Notes under the pieces: model-generated
Databases searched by the model: none
What the model was told of the DNA's origin: nothing
The model's input: the letters and a program-made list of their open reading frames with translations, nothing else
Translations under genes and position numbers: made by a program
Origin: Verrucomicrobiota bacterium
GTDB lineage: Bacteria; Verrucomicrobiota; Verrucomicrobiia; Limisphaerales; SXTU01
Length of the DNA stretch: 64,000 nt
Assembly: GCA_016871445.1 (NCBI GenBank)
Contig: VHDH01000003.1
Location: 15,299-79,298, forward strand
Reading direction: 5' to 3'
Part shown: positions 63,323-64,000 of the stretch, piece by piece
How positions within the stretch are numbered: position 1 is the stretch's first letter
Layout of the letters: every line of letters starts with the position of its first letter

Positions 63323-63853
63323 ATGACGCACATGACTATTAACGCCACTGAAATTACCGGCAGCCGGCCACCGCTCCCATCCGCGATGACGCCTCTCGAG
63401 GTCGAGGCGGTGGACCTGTTCGTCGGACTGGCACAGGTGGTGGGCCTGCCGAAATCCATCGGGCAGATCTACGGGCTGCTTTACATCTCCCACCTGCCCT
63501 TGAGCCTGGACGACATCGTCGAGCGGCTGGACATCAGCAAAGGCTCGGCGAGCCAAGGCTTAAAGTTCCTCCGCAGCACCGGCGCCGTGCGGTTGTGCGA
63601 CGACCATGATTCCCGCTGCGATCGCTATGAAGCCGAAGTGGGCCTACGTGCGCTGGCCACCGGCTTCCTAAAGGAGCAGATCGAGCCTCATCTTGAAAGC
63701 GGCGAGGACCGGCTGGCGCGGCTCAGGCGGTTGGCTAGCACCGCCCCGGCGGCGGGCCGCGCACACGTCGCGCAGCGGGTGAAGCAGCTCGAAAACTGGC
63801 ATCGCCGGGCCGCCGGGATGCTCCCGCTGCTCATCCGCTTTCTCGGCAAGTGA
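63323..63853 (+). CDS. Winged-helix transcriptional regulator (GbsR/MarR-like)
   Basis: LPKSIGQIYGLLYISHLPLSLDDIVERLDISKGSASQGLKFLRSTGAVR is a wHTH segment typical of the GbsR/COG1510-type regulators. ATG at 63323 or 63332. Confidence 0.72.
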   Translation: MTHMTINATEITGSRPPLPSAMTPLEVEAVDLFVGLAQVVGLPKSIGQIYGLLYISHLPLSLDDIVERLDISKGSASQGLKFLRSTGAVRLCDDHDSRCDRYEAEVGLRALATGFLKEQIEPHLESGEDRLARLRRLASTAPAAGRAHVAQRVKQLENWHRRAAGMLPLLIRFLGK

Positions 63854-64000
63854 TTTTCCGCCCGGTTTACCGGGCAAAGTGTTTCCGACCGCGTGTCGCG
63901 AAACGGACAATTGAACGACGGTCGCCAGCTCGGTCTGGCCGGAGTTTCCCGGACCACGACCAAGGGCGGCAGCTTGGCCTGAACGCATTTTCCTCCGCAT

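Noticed and set aside
63668-64000. Minus-strand ORF running in from the right edge of the window.
   Set aside because: It overlaps the 3' half of the wHTH regulator gene and has a Gly/Arg/Ala-rich composition. Nothing supports it, although a real gene could start beyond the window edge.

Overview
GC-rich bacterial chromosomal window, mostly housekeeping genes plus secreted glycan- and sulfate-ester-processing genes. The gene content (three Cys-type sulfatases, a DUF1501 protein, many Tat or signal-peptide proteins) suggests a Verrucomicrobia/Planctomycetes-like organism; that is inference only. Left to right: pheS (3' end) and pheT, a membrane acyl-CoA desaturase, an isolated nuoA, a phosphohexomutase, then a minus-strand block (6.3-18.7 kb) of secreted unknowns, two sulfatases, DUF1501 and a tail-specific protease. 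Next come purA, a RhlE-like DEAD-box helicase, a 656-bp non-coding gap, a double M16 peptidase, HIS6-type hisA, a DJ-1/PfpI protein, lolDE, a third sulfatase, dacB, holB, an ABC-F ATPase, a heptose-phosphate adenylyltransferase and a lactonase. A complete nuoB-N cluster occupies 44.8-58.7 kb, followed by a small amino-sugar/FAD-oxidoreductase/esterase/regulator group. I found no CRISPR array, rRNA, transposase, integrase, phage gene or recognisable defence system. I do not see a convincing novel multi-gene system. Four things look unusual. (1) A family of heptanucleotide-periodic repeats (units GGRRTGC / GGAAATC) sits in-frame inside pheT, the phosphohexomutase gene and nuoG, and in nuo-linked spacers. 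(2) A tRNA-Gln(CUG) lies on the opposite strand between nuoE and nuoF. (3) nuoA is about 40 kb from nuoB-N. (4) Sulfatases are clustered with large secreted proteins of unknown function. Long antisense ORFs in the track are high-GC artefacts.
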